A stretch of DNA of 64,000 nucleotides from Clostridiales bacterium (GTDB taxonomy: Bacteria; Bacillota; Clostridia; Oscillospirales; Oscillospiraceae), in contig JALERU010000042.1 in NCBI GenBank assembly GCA_022764045.1, positions 20,805 to 84,804 on the forward strand. Direction: 5' to 3'. Position 1 is the first letter of the stretch. Every line of letters begins with the position of its first letter. The notes under the pieces are model-generated. The model was given only the letters and a program-made list of their open reading frames with translations, was not told the DNA's origin and did no database searches. A program made the translations under genes and the position numbers. Shown here piece after piece: positions 8,759 to 18,642 of the stretch.

Positions 8759-9282
8759 AATATCCCCTCCTTTTTGCAGAGCTCTTCCAACTTCTTTTTC
8801 GCCCGTTGGTCCAACTTATAGGCCGCCTCCATGGAGAGATCAAACAGCTCCGCCGTTTCCTCCATGCTGCACACCTCTCCACCCGCGCCATATCGAGACA
8901 TCATCCAGTCCCGATACCGGTCAGGCAGTTTGAGAATACACTGGGTCAATTCGTCGCCCCCGTCGTACTCCACATACTCCCCCTGCAGGCCCTCTGAAAT
9001 CTCCACCTGCGGATGCCGATTCTTCCAGCGATTTATGTCGCGGGCTTTGTTCTTAACAATAGTAACGACGTAGGACTTCGTTTTTGGACACTTAATCTCA
9101 GAAATTTTTTCTAAATTTTCAATGATCTTTACCGCTGCGTTCCCCACCGCGTCCTCAGCGTCCTTATCGTTGCCCACAATTTTCCGAGCTACGGAAAACA
9201 TTAGGTTCCGGTAGTACTGATAGAGTTCGTCCATTTTGTCCTTATCTTCGGGGGTCTCGATCATTTCAAGGTAAATGAGCAA
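8755..9282 (-). CDS. ECF-type sigma-70 factor
   Basis: Region 2 (ARKIVGNDKDAEDAV...VVTIVKNKARD) and region 4 (LPDRYRD...SMEETAELFDLS...RAKKKL); TTG start. Confidence 0.85.
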   Translation of the reverse strand: MLIYLEMIETPEDKDKMDELYQYYRNLMFSVARKIVGNDKDAEDAVGNAAVKIIENLEKISEIKCPKTKSYVVTIVKNKARDINRWKNRHPQVEISEGLQGEYVEYDGGDELTQCILKLPDRYRDWMMSRYGAGGEVCSMEETAELFDLSMEAAYKLDQRAKKKLEELCKKEGIL

Positions 9283-9301
9283 AGGATCACCTGCTTTCTC
9301 T

Positions 9302-9829
9302 TTACATCTCCCCGTTCACCAGCACGTCCTTATTCTTCACAAAATACTCAATGCCCGAATACACGGTGGTGACCAAAATCACCGCCACGCAGACCAGGCG
9401 GAGGGTTTCGTTGGGGATGGCAAGGAGCAGGCAGATGCAGACCATGGTAGAGGCGGTCTTCACCTTGCCGGACTTGGCTGCGGCGATGACCCGGCCCTGT
9501 TCCACGGCCACCAGGCGCAGGCCGGTGACGGCCAGCTCCCGGGCGATGACCACGAAGAAGGCCCAGGCGGGCATCCAGCCCACCTCCACAAACCAGGCCA
9601 TGGCGGACATGACCAGGAGTTTGTCGGCCAGGGGGTCCATAAACTTGCCGAAGTCGGTGATCTGATTGTAGTGGCGGGCCACGTAGCCGTCCACAAAGTC
9701 GGTGATGCTGGCCAAGATAAAGACCACCAGGGCGGCCAGCAGGTGGCCGGTAAAGTTTAGGTACAACAGGACGATAAAAACGGGGATCATAACCACCCGG
9801 CACATGGTCAGTTTGTTTGCGGTATTCAT
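9302..9829 (-). CDS. pgsA: CDP-diacylglycerol--glycerol-3-phosphate 3-phosphatidyltransferase
   Basis: ANKLTMCR...TDFVDGYVAR...FGKFMDPLADKLL motif. Confidence 0.95.
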   Translation of the reverse strand: MNTANKLTMCRVVMIPVFIVLLYLNFTGHLLAALVVFILASITDFVDGYVARHYNQITDFGKFMDPLADKLLVMSAMAWFVEVGWMPAWAFFVVIARELAVTGLRLVAVEQGRVIAAAKSGKVKTASTMVCICLLLAIPNETLRLVCVAVILVTTVYSGIEYFVKNKDVLVNGEM

Positions 9830-11163
9830 GCTTCTTCCTCCTCATACAGTACGCCCACCAGCTCGCCGTCGTAGGCGTTTGTGACTTTTACCTGATAAAA
9901 CTCGCCGGGGCGGACGCCCCCTTCCTCCCCTTCAAAGTGGACCAGGCCGTCGATGCCGGGGGAGTCGGCGTCGCTGCGGCCGTAGAAGAGCTCGGTGTCG
10001 TCGTCATAGCCCTCGCAGAGCACAGGGACGATCTTGCCGATCATGGCGGCGCAGTAGTCGTCCACAATGCGCATTTGCAGGTCGGTGATCAGCTCCACCC
10101 GGCGGCGCTTCACGTCCTCGTCCACCTGGTGGGGGAGGGTGGCGGCCACGCTGCCTGGCTCGGGGGAGTAAGGGAAGACCCCCGCCCGCTCCAGTTTGTA
10201 TTCCAGCAGGAACTGGCACAGCTCCTCAAAGTCCTCCTCGGTCTCCCCAGGGAAGCCGGCAATGAGGCTGGTGCGCAGAACCAGGCCGGGGATGCGCTGG
10301 CGCAGCTTGGTGAAGAGGGCCCGGATCTCCTGCCCGGTGCCCCGGCGGTGCATGGCTTTGAGGATATGGTCGCTGATGTGCTGGATGGGGATATCCAGGT
10401 ATTTCACAATCTTGGGCTCGTTGGCGATCACGTCGATGAGCTCATCGGTGATCTCGTCGGGGTAGAGGTAGTGGAGGCGGACCCACTGAATCCCCTCGAT
10501 GGCGCAGAGCTTGGGCAGCAGGTCGGCCAGGGTGCGCTTGCCGTAGAGGTCCAGGCCGTAGCGGGTGATGTCCTGGGCCACCACGATGAGCTCCTTCATC
10601 CCCGCCTGGGCCAGGTTTTCGGCCTCTTCCAGGATTTTTTCCTCCGGGCGGCTGCGGAAGCGGCCCCGAATGAAGGGAATCACGCAATAGGCGCACCGGT
10701 TGTCGCAGCCCTCGGCGATCCGCAGCCAGGCCCAGTAGTCGGAGGTGCACACCACCCGGTCGGTCTCGGGCACCGGGGCGTCTATGTCCCCAAACAGGGC
10801 GGGGCGCTGGCCCTGGGCGGCCTGGTCAATCACCTGGGCGATGTCCTCATAGCCCCCCACGCCCACAAAGCCGTCGGCGGCGGGACAGAGATCGGCGATC
10901 TTGTCCTTCCACCACTGGGCCATGCAGCCGGTGACGATGATTCTTTGAAGCTGGCCGGCGGCCTTCTGCTCCGCCAGCTTCCGGATCTCCTCCATGGCCT
11001 CGTCCCGGGCCTCCTGCAAAAAGCCGCAGGTGTTCACCACGGCCACGTCGCAGTCCTCGGCCCCCAGGGCCACCTCGTGGCCGGCCTCATAGGTCTGCCA
11101 GATCATCTGTTCGCAATTTACCTGATTCTTGGCGCAGCCAAGGGAAATGAATCCTACTTTCAT
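9826..11163 (-). CDS. rimO: Ribosomal protein S12 methylthiotransferase
   Basis: SLGCAKN, NTCGF, radical SAM EGCDNRCAYC, C-terminal TRAM domain (DSPGIDG). Confidence 0.93.
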   Translation of the reverse strand: MKVGFISLGCAKNQVNCEQMIWQTYEAGHEVALGAEDCDVAVVNTCGFLQEARDEAMEEIRKLAEQKAAGQLQRIIVTGCMAQWWKDKIADLCPAADGFVGVGGYEDIAQVIDQAAQGQRPALFGDIDAPVPETDRVVCTSDYWAWLRIAEGCDNRCAYCVIPFIRGRFRSRPEEKILEEAENLAQAGMKELIVVAQDITRYGLDLYGKRTLADLLPKLCAIEGIQWVRLHYLYPDEITDELIDVIANEPKIVKYLDIPIQHISDHILKAMHRRGTGQEIRALFTKLRQRIPGLVLRTSLIAGFPGETEEDFEELCQFLLEYKLERAGVFPYSPEPGSVAATLPHQVDEDVKRRRVELITDLQMRIVDDYCAAMIGKIVPVLCEGYDDDTELFYGRSDADSPGIDGLVHFEGEEGGVRPGEFYQVKVTNAYDGELVGVLYEEEEA

Positions 11164-11200
11164 GGTGTGGTTCTCCTCTTTGTTGTGTTGGTTTTGTGGG

Positions 11201-11690
11201 GGGGCTATGACCTACGCTGTGGAATCCCCAACGCTCGCCCTCATCCGACCCGGCCTGCGGCTGGCCCACCTCCCCCTCCAGGGGAAGGCGATTGGCAAAC
11301 CCTTAAGGTTTATGTAGAAAAATATCGTAGTAATAACCTCAACGTAGCATAGCACGTAGGCTTCCCCTTGGGGGGAAGCTGTCAGCGGAGCTGACTGATG
11401 AGGGGGCGATATGGTAGTGACGGCGGGTAGAAGAATCCCGCTGCCACCTTGGGCCGGTGGGTCTATTACCCACGCCGTGGAATCCTCCAGGCACGCCCTC
11501 ATCCGACCCGGCTTCGCCGGCCCACCTTCCCCCCCAGGGGAAGGCGATTGGCAAGCCCTTAAGGTTTATGTAGAAAAATATCGTAGTAATAACCTCAACG
11601 TAGCATAGCACGTAGGCTTCCCCTCGGGGGGAAGCTGTCAGCGCAGCTGACTGATGAGGGGGCGATCTCGTCGTGACGGGGGATAGAAAG
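11201..11690. repeat. Two tandem copies (~256 bp period) of a REP-like inverted-hairpin unit
   Basis: ccctcatccgacc...ggggaagg at ~11238 and ~11496; ggcttcccc...gatgaggggg at ~11359 and ~11615. Confidence 0.85.
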
Positions 11691-11714
11691 ATATCATCGC
11701 CACATTCCTCTAAA

Positions 11715-11955
11715 AGCGTCGCAGACTTCCGCTGCCCGCAGGCAGCGGAACAAATTCCAATCATTTTTTCCCCGGCTCCGCCGGGGAAAAAATACTTCTC
11801 GCCTCACAAGTGTGCGGCCCCAACGGGGCCGTGCGCGCATGAGCGCCCGCAGGCGCCATGGAAGGGAGCAACCGGGCGCAGCCCGGCTCTTAGCGACTCC
11901 CAGGGAGGCGCTATCCCCTAAATTTTGAAACCCAGCGAAGCGGGTTCAAAATTTC
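11715..11955 (-). repeat. Multi-hairpin intergenic element, copy 1
   Basis: Reverse complement aligns to 45533-45703 at both ends with compensatory changes; overlaps the recX stop codon. Confidence 0.75.
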
Positions 11956-12551
11956 TTAAGCCTTTCTACCCCCGCAGCCACCTGACTCCAGGAAAAGCCC
12001 CGACGCACCAAGGCGTCTGAGGCTTTTTTGATCTCTTTCCTGTCCGCCGGGTCCTTGACCTTTTTCGCCAGAAAAGCGTCGATGATCTCTTCCGGGTCCT
12101 CCAGGTCGACCAGGGCCCCTTCCCAATACTGGCGGGGGACCCGGCGGCGGTACAATTCGTCTTTGATTTTATAGATTCCATAGCCCTTGGCCTGGTAGTG
12201 ACGGGCCAGGGCTTTGGCGTATTCTTCGTCGTTGAGCAGGCCAATGTCGATGGCCCAGGCCACGATCTCCGCCGCCTGGCGGTCCGTGGCGCCTTTGGCC
12301 ATCAGCTTTTCGTTGAGCTGTCCGGCGGACATCAGCCGGGATGAGAGCATATGCACGGCCTTGGTGCGCAGAGCGGCGGAAAAGGCCGCGGCTTTCAGCT
12401 CCGCCAGCTCCTCTTCCGCCAGCTCCCTGCCGTCGTAGAGCGCGTAATCAAGGATGGTCCCCTCGGGGACCCGCAGGGTGTCGCCTCCCTCCAGGGCCAC
12501 GGTCCAGGATTTCCCCGGCTGGGCTGGGGGGAGGAGTTTTTCAATCTTCAT
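11946..12551 (-). CDS. recX: Regulatory protein RecX
   Basis: Downstream of recA; [44 protein letters not shown]. Confidence 0.9.
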   Translation of the reverse strand: MKIEKLLPPAQPGKSWTVALEGGDTLRVPEGTILDYALYDGRELAEEELAELKAAAFSAALRTKAVHMLSSRLMSAGQLNEKLMAKGATDRQAAEIVAWAIDIGLLNDEEYAKALARHYQAKGYGIYKIKDELYRRRVPRQYWEGALVDLEDPEEIIDAFLAKKVKDPADRKEIKKASDALVRRGFSWSQVAAGVERLKKF

Positions 12552-13713
12552 CGTCGTCAAAATCGTCGGCGCTCACGTCGATCCCCTTGGGGGCGGCGGG
12601 AGCCGGGGCGGGCTGGGCGCTGTGGGTAAGGGTCTCCTCCTGGGGGGCCCGGCCGGCGGCCCGGGCGGCAATCTGGGCCTGGTTGGACAGGAGCTTGAAG
12701 GAGTTCTGGCGGATCTCCGCCTCCACCCGCTCGCAGATCTCGGGGTTGTCCTTTAAGTACTGCTTGGCCGCGTCCTTGCCCTGGCCGATGCGCTCATCCC
12801 CCATGGAGAACCAGGAGCCGCTCTTGTGGATGATATCCAGCTTCACCGCCAGGTCCACCAGCTCGGCGTACTTGGAGATACCTTCGCCGTACATAATGTC
12901 AAATTCCGCCTCCCGGAAGGGGGGCGCCACCTTGTTTTTCACCACCTTGGCCCGGGTGCGGTTGCCGATGATCTCGGTGCCGTCCTTGATGGGCTCGATC
13001 CGGCGGACCTCCATGCGGACGGAGGAGTAGAACTTCAGGGCCCGGCCGCCGGTGGTGACCTCGGGATTGCCGTACATGACCCCCACCTTTTCCCGGAGCT
13101 GGTTGATGAAAATTACCACGCAGTGGGTTTTGGAAATGGAGCCGGCCAGCTTCCGCAGCGCCTGGCTCATTAGACGGGCCAGCAGGCCCACATGGGCGTC
13201 GCCCATGTCGCCCTCGATCTCCGCCCGGGGGACCAGGGCGGCCACGGAGTCCACCACGATCACGTCTAGGGCGCCGGAGCGCACCAGGGCCTCGCAGATC
13301 TCCAGGCCCTGCTCGCCGGTGTCGGGCTGGGAGATGAGCATGTTGTCGATGTCCACCCCCAGGGCCCGGGCGTAGGTGGGGTCCAGGGCGTGCTCGGCGT
13401 CGATGAAGGCCACCTCGCCTCCCCGCTTCTGGGCCTCCGCCGCGATGTGCAGGGCCAGGGTGGTCTTACCAGAGGATTCGGGGCCATAGATCTCAATGAT
13501 CCGCCCCCGGGGCACACCGCCGATGCCCAGGGCCAGGTCCAGGGCCAGGGAGCCGGTGGGGATGCTCTCCACCAGCACCTTGTTGTTGGCCCCCAGGCGC
13601 ATGATGGAGCCCTTGCCATAGGTCTTTTCAATCTGGGCCATGGCGGTTTCCAGGGCCTTCTTTTTGTCAGCGGCGGGCGCCGCGGATTCGATCACTTTCT
13701 TTTTCTCTGCCAT
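12541..13713 (-). CDS. recA: Recombinase A
   Basis: GPESSGKTT Walker [25 protein letters not shown]; start re-assigned to MAEKK. Confidence 0.98.
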   Translation of the reverse strand: MAEKKKVIESAAPAADKKKALETAMAQIEKTYGKGSIMRLGANNKVLVESIPTGSLALDLALGIGGVPRGRIIEIYGPESSGKTTLALHIAAEAQKRGGEVAFIDAEHALDPTYARALGVDIDNMLISQPDTGEQGLEICEALVRSGALDVIVVDSVAALVPRAEIEGDMGDAHVGLLARLMSQALRKLAGSISKTHCVVIFINQLREKVGVMYGNPEVTTGGRALKFYSSVRMEVRRIEPIKDGTEIIGNRTRAKVVKNKVAPPFREAEFDIMYGEGISKYAELVDLAVKLDIIHKSGSWFSMGDERIGQGKDAAKQYLKDNPEICERVEAEIRQNSFKLLSNQAQIAARAAGRAPQEETLTHSAQPAPAPAAPKGIDVSADDFDDDED

Positions 13714-13714
13714 G

Positions 13715-14626
13715 TTATTCTTCCTCCTCCATGGTCTCGTGGAGCACGTCGGGGATTTCCCGCTCCTTGGGCCGCTGGCCCTCCACCACGCGGTCGATGC
13801 CGCCGGTGTCCCGGGTGATTCGGATGTTCTCATAGCCGGCCTTCACCAGCAGCCAGGCTACCTTTTCCGCCTGGCCAATGCCCACCTCGTAAAGGAGGTG
13901 GCCGCCGGGCTTCAGGGCGGGCTTCCACAGCTCGGTAATACCCCGGTAAAAGTCCAGGCCGTCCTCGCCGCCGTCCAGGGCCAGCAGGGGCTCGAAGTCC
14001 TTCACCGAGGGGTCCAGGGACGCCAGGTCCCCGGTGGGGATGTAGGGGGGATTGCACACCAGCACGTCAAACTGCCCCAGGGCGTGGCTGGGGGCCTGGA
14101 GGGCGTCCCCTTTCAGGTAGACCGCCCGCCCGGTGAGCTTGTGCCGGCGGATGTTGCGCTTGCACAGCTCCAGGGCTCCGTCGGAGAGGTCCACCAGCAC
14201 CGCCCGGGTGGTTTTCAGCAGCGCCGCCGCCGTGAGACCCACGCAGCCGGTGCCGGCGCACAGGTCCAGAATCCGGGTGTTGCCCGGGCACTCCTTCAGG
14301 CGGTTCATGGCCAGTTGGGCCAGCATTTCCGTGTCGATCCGGGGAATCAGGGCCGCCGAGGACACGTAAAAGGGCAGGCCGCAGAAGGACCACTCCCCCA
14401 CAAGGTAGGCAATGGGCTCTCCCGTCAGCCGCCGCTCCAACAGGGCCTGGGCCCGCTGGGCCACATCCTCGTTGGTGTACAGAGAGATATCCCGGTACAG
14501 CTCCTCCGCCGTCTTTCCGGCGGCGGCGCAGAGGATCTCCCGGGCCTCCAGCTGGGCCCCCTCGATCCCCGCTGCCGACAGGGCTGTGCGGGTATTCATA
14601 TACAAATCATGGTAGGTGATCGTCAC
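13715..14626 (-). CDS. prmC: Release factor glutamine methyltransferase
   Basis: [27 protein letters not shown]. Confidence 0.93.
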   Translation of the reverse strand: MTITYHDLYMNTRTALSAAGIEGAQLEAREILCAAAGKTAEELYRDISLYTNEDVAQRAQALLERRLTGEPIAYLVGEWSFCGLPFYVSSAALIPRIDTEMLAQLAMNRLKECPGNTRILDLCAGTGCVGLTAAALLKTTRAVLVDLSDGALELCKRNIRRHKLTGRAVYLKGDALQAPSHALGQFDVLVCNPPYIPTGDLASLDPSVKDFEPLLALDGGEDGLDFYRGITELWKPALKPGGHLLYEVGIGQAEKVAWLLVKAGYENIRITRDTGGIDRVVEGQRPKEREIPDVLHETMEEEE

Positions 14627-14688
14627 ACATCTCCACCCCTATCAAACAAGTTTCAAATCTCAATTTTTGAAAAAGCAGGCAGTCCGGA

Positions 14689-15696
14689 TTACCAGGCGTC
14701 GGCGCCCTCCTTTTCCGGCAGGACCAGCTTTAGGGCCCGGATGGCCACCTCCAGCATGGAGTCATCGGGCTCGAAGGTGGTGAAATTCTGCATCCACAGG
14801 CCGGGGGCCGACAGGAACCGGGTCACGGGATTGTCGTGGCGGCCGATGAAGCGGTTGATCTCATAGGTCACCGCCACCACAACGGGCAGCAGCACCAGAT
14901 GGAGCAAAATCCGCACAATGGGGTTCGTGGCCACGTCCCGCACCGCCGGCAGGGCGAAGACCACGCAGGAGGCCAGCACCGCGATGACAATGACCACAAA
15001 CAGGAAGCTGGTGCCGCACCGGGGATGGTGCCGGGGCATCTGGCGGGCGTTCTCCACCGTCAGCTCCAGGCCCCGCTCGTAGCAGAAAATGGTCTTGTGC
15101 TCGGCCCCGTGATAGCGGAAGGTCCGTTGGATATCCTTCAGCCGGGAGCACAGGAAGAGGTAAACAAAAAAGATGACCAGCTTCACCACGCCCTCCAGCA
15201 AGTTTCGCAGCCACATGGGGGCGTCTGGGAAAAAGTACAGCGTCCCGGAGGTGACCAGGGTGGGTAGGATGATAAACAGCGCAATGGCAAAGGCCACCCC
15301 CGCCACCACCGAGATGCCGATGATCCATTTCATCAGGGTCTCGCTGCCGAAGTGCTTCTCCAGCCAGGTTTCAAACTTAGAGGGCTGGGCCTCTTCCTCC
15401 TCCGGGTAAAACTCCGCGGACCACATCAGGGCCTTCACCCCCTCCACCAGGGAGGCCAGGAAGTTGACCACCCCGCGGATGAAGGGGACCCCTAAGATGG
15501 GGAAACGGTCTTTGATGAGCTTGAGCTTTTGCTCTTTGATCTCCAGCTCACCGGCTTGGTTGCGCACCACAATGGCCTGCTTCTCCGGCCCCCGCATGAG
15601 GATTCCCTCAATGAGGGCCTGGCCGCCAATGGTGGTGCGAAACTGGCAGTCCTCTGACTGCCCACAGGTTTTTGGGGTTTGGTTTTCTTGGTTCAT
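14689..15696 (-). CDS. DUF1385-type membrane protein
   Basis: GGQALIEGILMRG, FRYHGAEHKTI, HPRCGTSF motifs; typical neighbour of prmC. Confidence 0.85.
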   Translation of the reverse strand: MNQENQTPKTCGQSEDCQFRTTIGGQALIEGILMRGPEKQAIVVRNQAGELEIKEQKLKLIKDRFPILGVPFIRGVVNFLASLVEGVKALMWSAEFYPEEEEAQPSKFETWLEKHFGSETLMKWIIGISVVAGVAFAIALFIILPTLVTSGTLYFFPDAPMWLRNLLEGVVKLVIFFVYLFLCSRLKDIQRTFRYHGAEHKTIFCYERGLELTVENARQMPRHHPRCGTSFLFVVIVIAVLASCVVFALPAVRDVATNPIVRILLHLVLLPVVVAVTYEINRFIGRHDNPVTRFLSAPGLWMQNFTTFEPDDSMLEVAIRALKLVLPEKEGADAW

Positions 15697-15789
15697 AGTG
15701 TCTCCTAAGTAACAGATGCGCCTTGGTTCTGGGGCGATTGTAGCAAACCCAGAAGAAAAAGGCAAGAGAAATGGTGCATTTTATCGAAC

Positions 15790-17223
15790 TTATGTTCCAG
15801 TCGGCAGGCGGACCTCCACCAGGCAGCCCCCTGCCTCGTCCTCGGCGTTGGAGATGATGAGCTCCCCGTTGTGGCGGGTAATGATCTCCTCGCACACGGC
15901 CAGGCCGATGCCGCTGCCCCGGGCAGTGGAGCTCCCCTTGTAAAATTTGTACTTCACGTTTGGCAGCTCCTCCGGCGGGATGCCGGGGCCGTAGTCCCGC
16001 ACGGTGATGACCACATCCCCCTCCTCGGGGAAGATGGCCGTGTCGATGCGTTTGCCCGCCCCGCCGTGCTTGGCGGCGTTGTCCAGCAGGTTGCAGAAGA
16101 CCTGCCGCAGCCGGTCCGGGTCGCCGGGGATGGGAGGGAATTCCTCCTCGCAGTCGGTGTGGTAGACGGCGATGCCCTCGGCGGCCAGGAACTCATGGTA
16201 GGTGTAGACGGCGTCCTCCAGCTCGGCCTTGATGTCCATGGGCTCCACCGACAGGGTGAAGCGGCCGTCCTCGATGCGGGAAAACTCCAGCAGCTCTTCC
16301 ACCATGCCCGACAGCCGCCGGGCCTCACTGGCAATGATCCCCATACCCTTGCGGACGTCCCCCTCGTCCCGAGCCTCGCCGCTCATGATGGTCTCGGCCC
16401 AGCCGGTGATGGCGGTGAGGGGGGTGCGCAGCTCATGGGAAACCGAGGAGATGAACTCCGACTTCATGCTCTCGGCCTGCTTGATGCGCATGGACATGTC
16501 GTTGATGGCGTCGGTGAGATCGCCTACCTCGTCGTCAAACTTCTTCTCCACCTGGATGCCATAGCTTCCCCCGGCGATCCGCCGGGCGATACCGGTGATG
16601 TTCTTCACCGGGTCCACAATGGAGCGGACAAAATAGATGTTGGAAATGTAGACCAAAATGAGGATGCTCACCGACAGGATCACCGCCACCAGGGTCAGGA
16701 TAATCACCTGGCGGTCCACCAGGCGCATGGAGGTCACATAGCGCATGATCCCCACCATCTCCCCATTATACAGCAGGGGGGCGGAGACAGCGGTGATCCG
16801 CTCGCCGGTTTGGCTGGAGGTCCCCTTCCAGGAACAAATGGCCTGGGTGTTTTGCAGTTGGGTGATATCCCCCGTCCCCGGCATGGTCCCCGACAGGGTC
16901 AGGCCGTTGGAGGAGTAGATCACCCGCCCTGCGGGGTTGAGAAACTGCAGCTCAATGCGGGTGCCATCTTCAAAGGAACTGACGTAGTCCTGGGCGACGG
17001 TGACATAGTCCCCGCTGCTGTTGTAGCTGCTGGCCTCGGTGCTGAAGTAGCTGGCCGCCGTGCGGGCCTTGCTCTCCATATCCGTGAGGATGCTGCTGTC
17101 GTAGTAGTTCTTGGTGAACAGGGAGAAGATCACCACCACAACCACCAGGATCATCACCATAATGCTGACGCTGTTGAGCAGCCACCGCTGGCGGATGCCT
17201 TTGACTTTTGGAAATGGACTCAT
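15790..17223 (-). CDS. Sensor histidine kinase (two TM, HAMP)
   Basis: SSVSHELRTPL H-box, NLLDNAAK, DYGPGI, GSGIGL. Confidence 0.93.
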   Translation of the reverse strand: MSPFPKVKGIRQRWLLNSVSIMVMILVVVVVIFSLFTKNYYDSSILTDMESKARTAASYFSTEASSYNSSGDYVTVAQDYVSSFEDGTRIELQFLNPAGRVIYSSNGLTLSGTMPGTGDITQLQNTQAICSWKGTSSQTGERITAVSAPLLYNGEMVGIMRYVTSMRLVDRQVIILTLVAVILSVSILILVYISNIYFVRSIVDPVKNITGIARRIAGGSYGIQVEKKFDDEVGDLTDAINDMSMRIKQAESMKSEFISSVSHELRTPLTAITGWAETIMSGEARDEGDVRKGMGIIASEARRLSGMVEELLEFSRIEDGRFTLSVEPMDIKAELEDAVYTYHEFLAAEGIAVYHTDCEEEFPPIPGDPDRLRQVFCNLLDNAAKHGGAGKRIDTAIFPEEGDVVITVRDYGPGIPPEELPNVKYKFYKGSSTARGSGIGLAVCEEIITRHNGELIISNAEDEAGGCLVEVRLPTGT

Positions 17224-17251
17224 GGCTGGTCTGCCCCCCTTCGCCGGTTTG

Positions 17252-17935
17252 TTAGAATTCCCACTTGTAGCCGTAGCCCCAGATGGTGGTGATAAAGGTG
17301 GGGCTGGTGGGCTCGTCCTCGATCTTCACCCGCAGGCGGCGGATGTTCACGTCCACAATTTTCAGCTCACCCAGGTAGTTCTCCCCCCAGACGAACTTGA
17401 GGATCTCCTCCCGGGAAAGGGCCTTGCCAGGGTTTTCCATGAACATCTTCATAATGGCGTACTCCACCTGGGTCAGCTTCACCCGCTGGCCGTTTTTCTC
17501 CAGGGTGCGCTTGCGGGTGTTGAGCACAAAGGGGGGCTGCTGAATCTCTCCGTCGTCCATCATGTCCCCGCCGATGCGCCGGTAAAGGGCGTCGATGCGG
17601 GCGGTGAGCTCCGCCGGAGAGAAGGGCTTGGTCACATAGTCGTCGGCCCCGGTCATAAAGCCGGTGACCTTATCCATCTCCTGGGTGCGGGCGGTGAGCA
17701 TGATGATGCCGATCTTGGAGTTGCCCGCCCGGATTCGGCGGCAGACCTCAAAGCCGTCCATATCGGGCAGCATGATGTCCAGCAGGGCCACCCGGACGTC
17801 CGGGTTCAGCCGAAGCTGCTCCAGGGCCTCCTCCCCCGTGCCGGCCTCGATGGTCTCATAGCCGGCCCGGTTGAGATTGATCACCACAAAGCTGCGGATA
17901 TTGGCCTCATCCTCCAAAACCAGAATCTTTTTCAT
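17252..17935 (-). CDS. OmpR-family response regulator
   Basis: LLDIMLP receiver Asp, ADDYVTKPF, DVNIRRLRVKIE, TIWGYGY. Confidence 0.95.
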   Translation of the reverse strand: MKKILVLEDEANIRSFVVINLNRAGYETIEAGTGEEALEQLRLNPDVRVALLDIMLPDMDGFEVCRRIRAGNSKIGIIMLTARTQEMDKVTGFMTGADDYVTKPFSPAELTARIDALYRRIGGDMMDDGEIQQPPFVLNTRKRTLEKNGQRVKLTQVEYAIMKMFMENPGKALSREEILKFVWGENYLGELKIVDVNIRRLRVKIEDEPTSPTFITTIWGYGYKWEF

Positions 17936-18060
17936 CTCAGTAAACTCCTTTTTTTGCGAATTTCGGGGCCCGCCGGGCGCCCAAAACAGGGGGACGGCCT
18001 GGGCCAGGCAGTGCAGGTCACCGGCCAGACCGGCAACCCCAGCGTCAACGAACAGCAGCC

Positions 18061-18633
18061 CTATTGCGGCGCAGGGGAATAGAGCCTGTCACAAATGTAT
18101 CGCGCGGGGACCACATCGGTCAGCCAGACCTCATTTTCGGCCATGCCGAAGGAAAAGCCGTCTTCCACCATGGCGCCGGCGTCCACCTTGACCACCACCG
18201 GGGTCAGCCCCCAGCGGCGGGCGGACTGCCAGGCCCGTTCTTCCTCCGGCTGCAAATGCACCCCGTGGCGCTTCCTCTTTTCAATGGCCCCGCTGGCCTC
18301 AATTTTCTTCAGGGCAGCAGTGGTGGTGCCGTGGTAGAGATACCGGGGCGGCGTGCCGTAGACCAGCTCCGGCTCCACCCAGGGGATGGAGTGTCCCTGG
18401 CAGCATTTGATCCGGCTGTGGGCATCGTTGAAGCGGTAGCGCCCCTTTTCGTCCCGGGCCACCAGCTCCTCCAGGGTCTCCCGGTCCAGCCGGTATTTGC
18501 CCCGGCGGTTGACCCCCCGGATCAGCTCCTCCACGTCCACCCAGCCGTGGCGGTCCATGGTCAGGTCCGCCTCCTCCGGGTGGTGCCGCAGCAGATAGCA
18601 GAGATAGACCGATGTCTTTTTCACCCTGACCAA
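18061..18633 (-). CDS. kptA: RNA 2'-phosphotransferase (KptA/Tpt1)
   Basis: YLLRH, GWVDV, KGRY, IKCCQGHS, LYHGTT, RHGVHL, VWLTDVVP. Confidence 0.9.
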   Translation of the reverse strand: MVRVKKTSVYLCYLLRHHPEEADLTMDRHGWVDVEELIRGVNRRGKYRLDRETLEELVARDEKGRYRFNDAHSRIKCCQGHSIPWVEPELVYGTPPRYLYHGTTTAALKKIEASGAIEKRKRHGVHLQPEEERAWQSARRWGLTPVVVKVDAGAMVEDGFSFGMAENEVWLTDVVPARYICDRLYSPAPQ

Positions 18634-18642
18634 CTCCTCTCT

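Noticed and set aside
11201-11690. CRISPR array
   Set aside because: Period is ~256 bp with only two units and near-identical spacers; no cas genes; fits a REP-like repeat.
11212-11921. ORFs inside the intergenic repeats
   Set aside because: They translate the repeat consensus (e.g. PHQSAPLTASPQGEA) and recur wherever the repeat occurs.
13714-13833. N-terminal extension of RecA given by the ORF track
   Set aside because: Overlaps the prmC 3' end; the MAEKK start has the GGAGG-type RBS. Similar over-extensions were trimmed for panB, panD, the PanG-like gene, tyrA, SPFH and the ABC ATPase.
17940-18060. Gene remnant between kptA and the response regulator
   Set aside because: Looks coding-like but yields no recognisable peptide in any frame.
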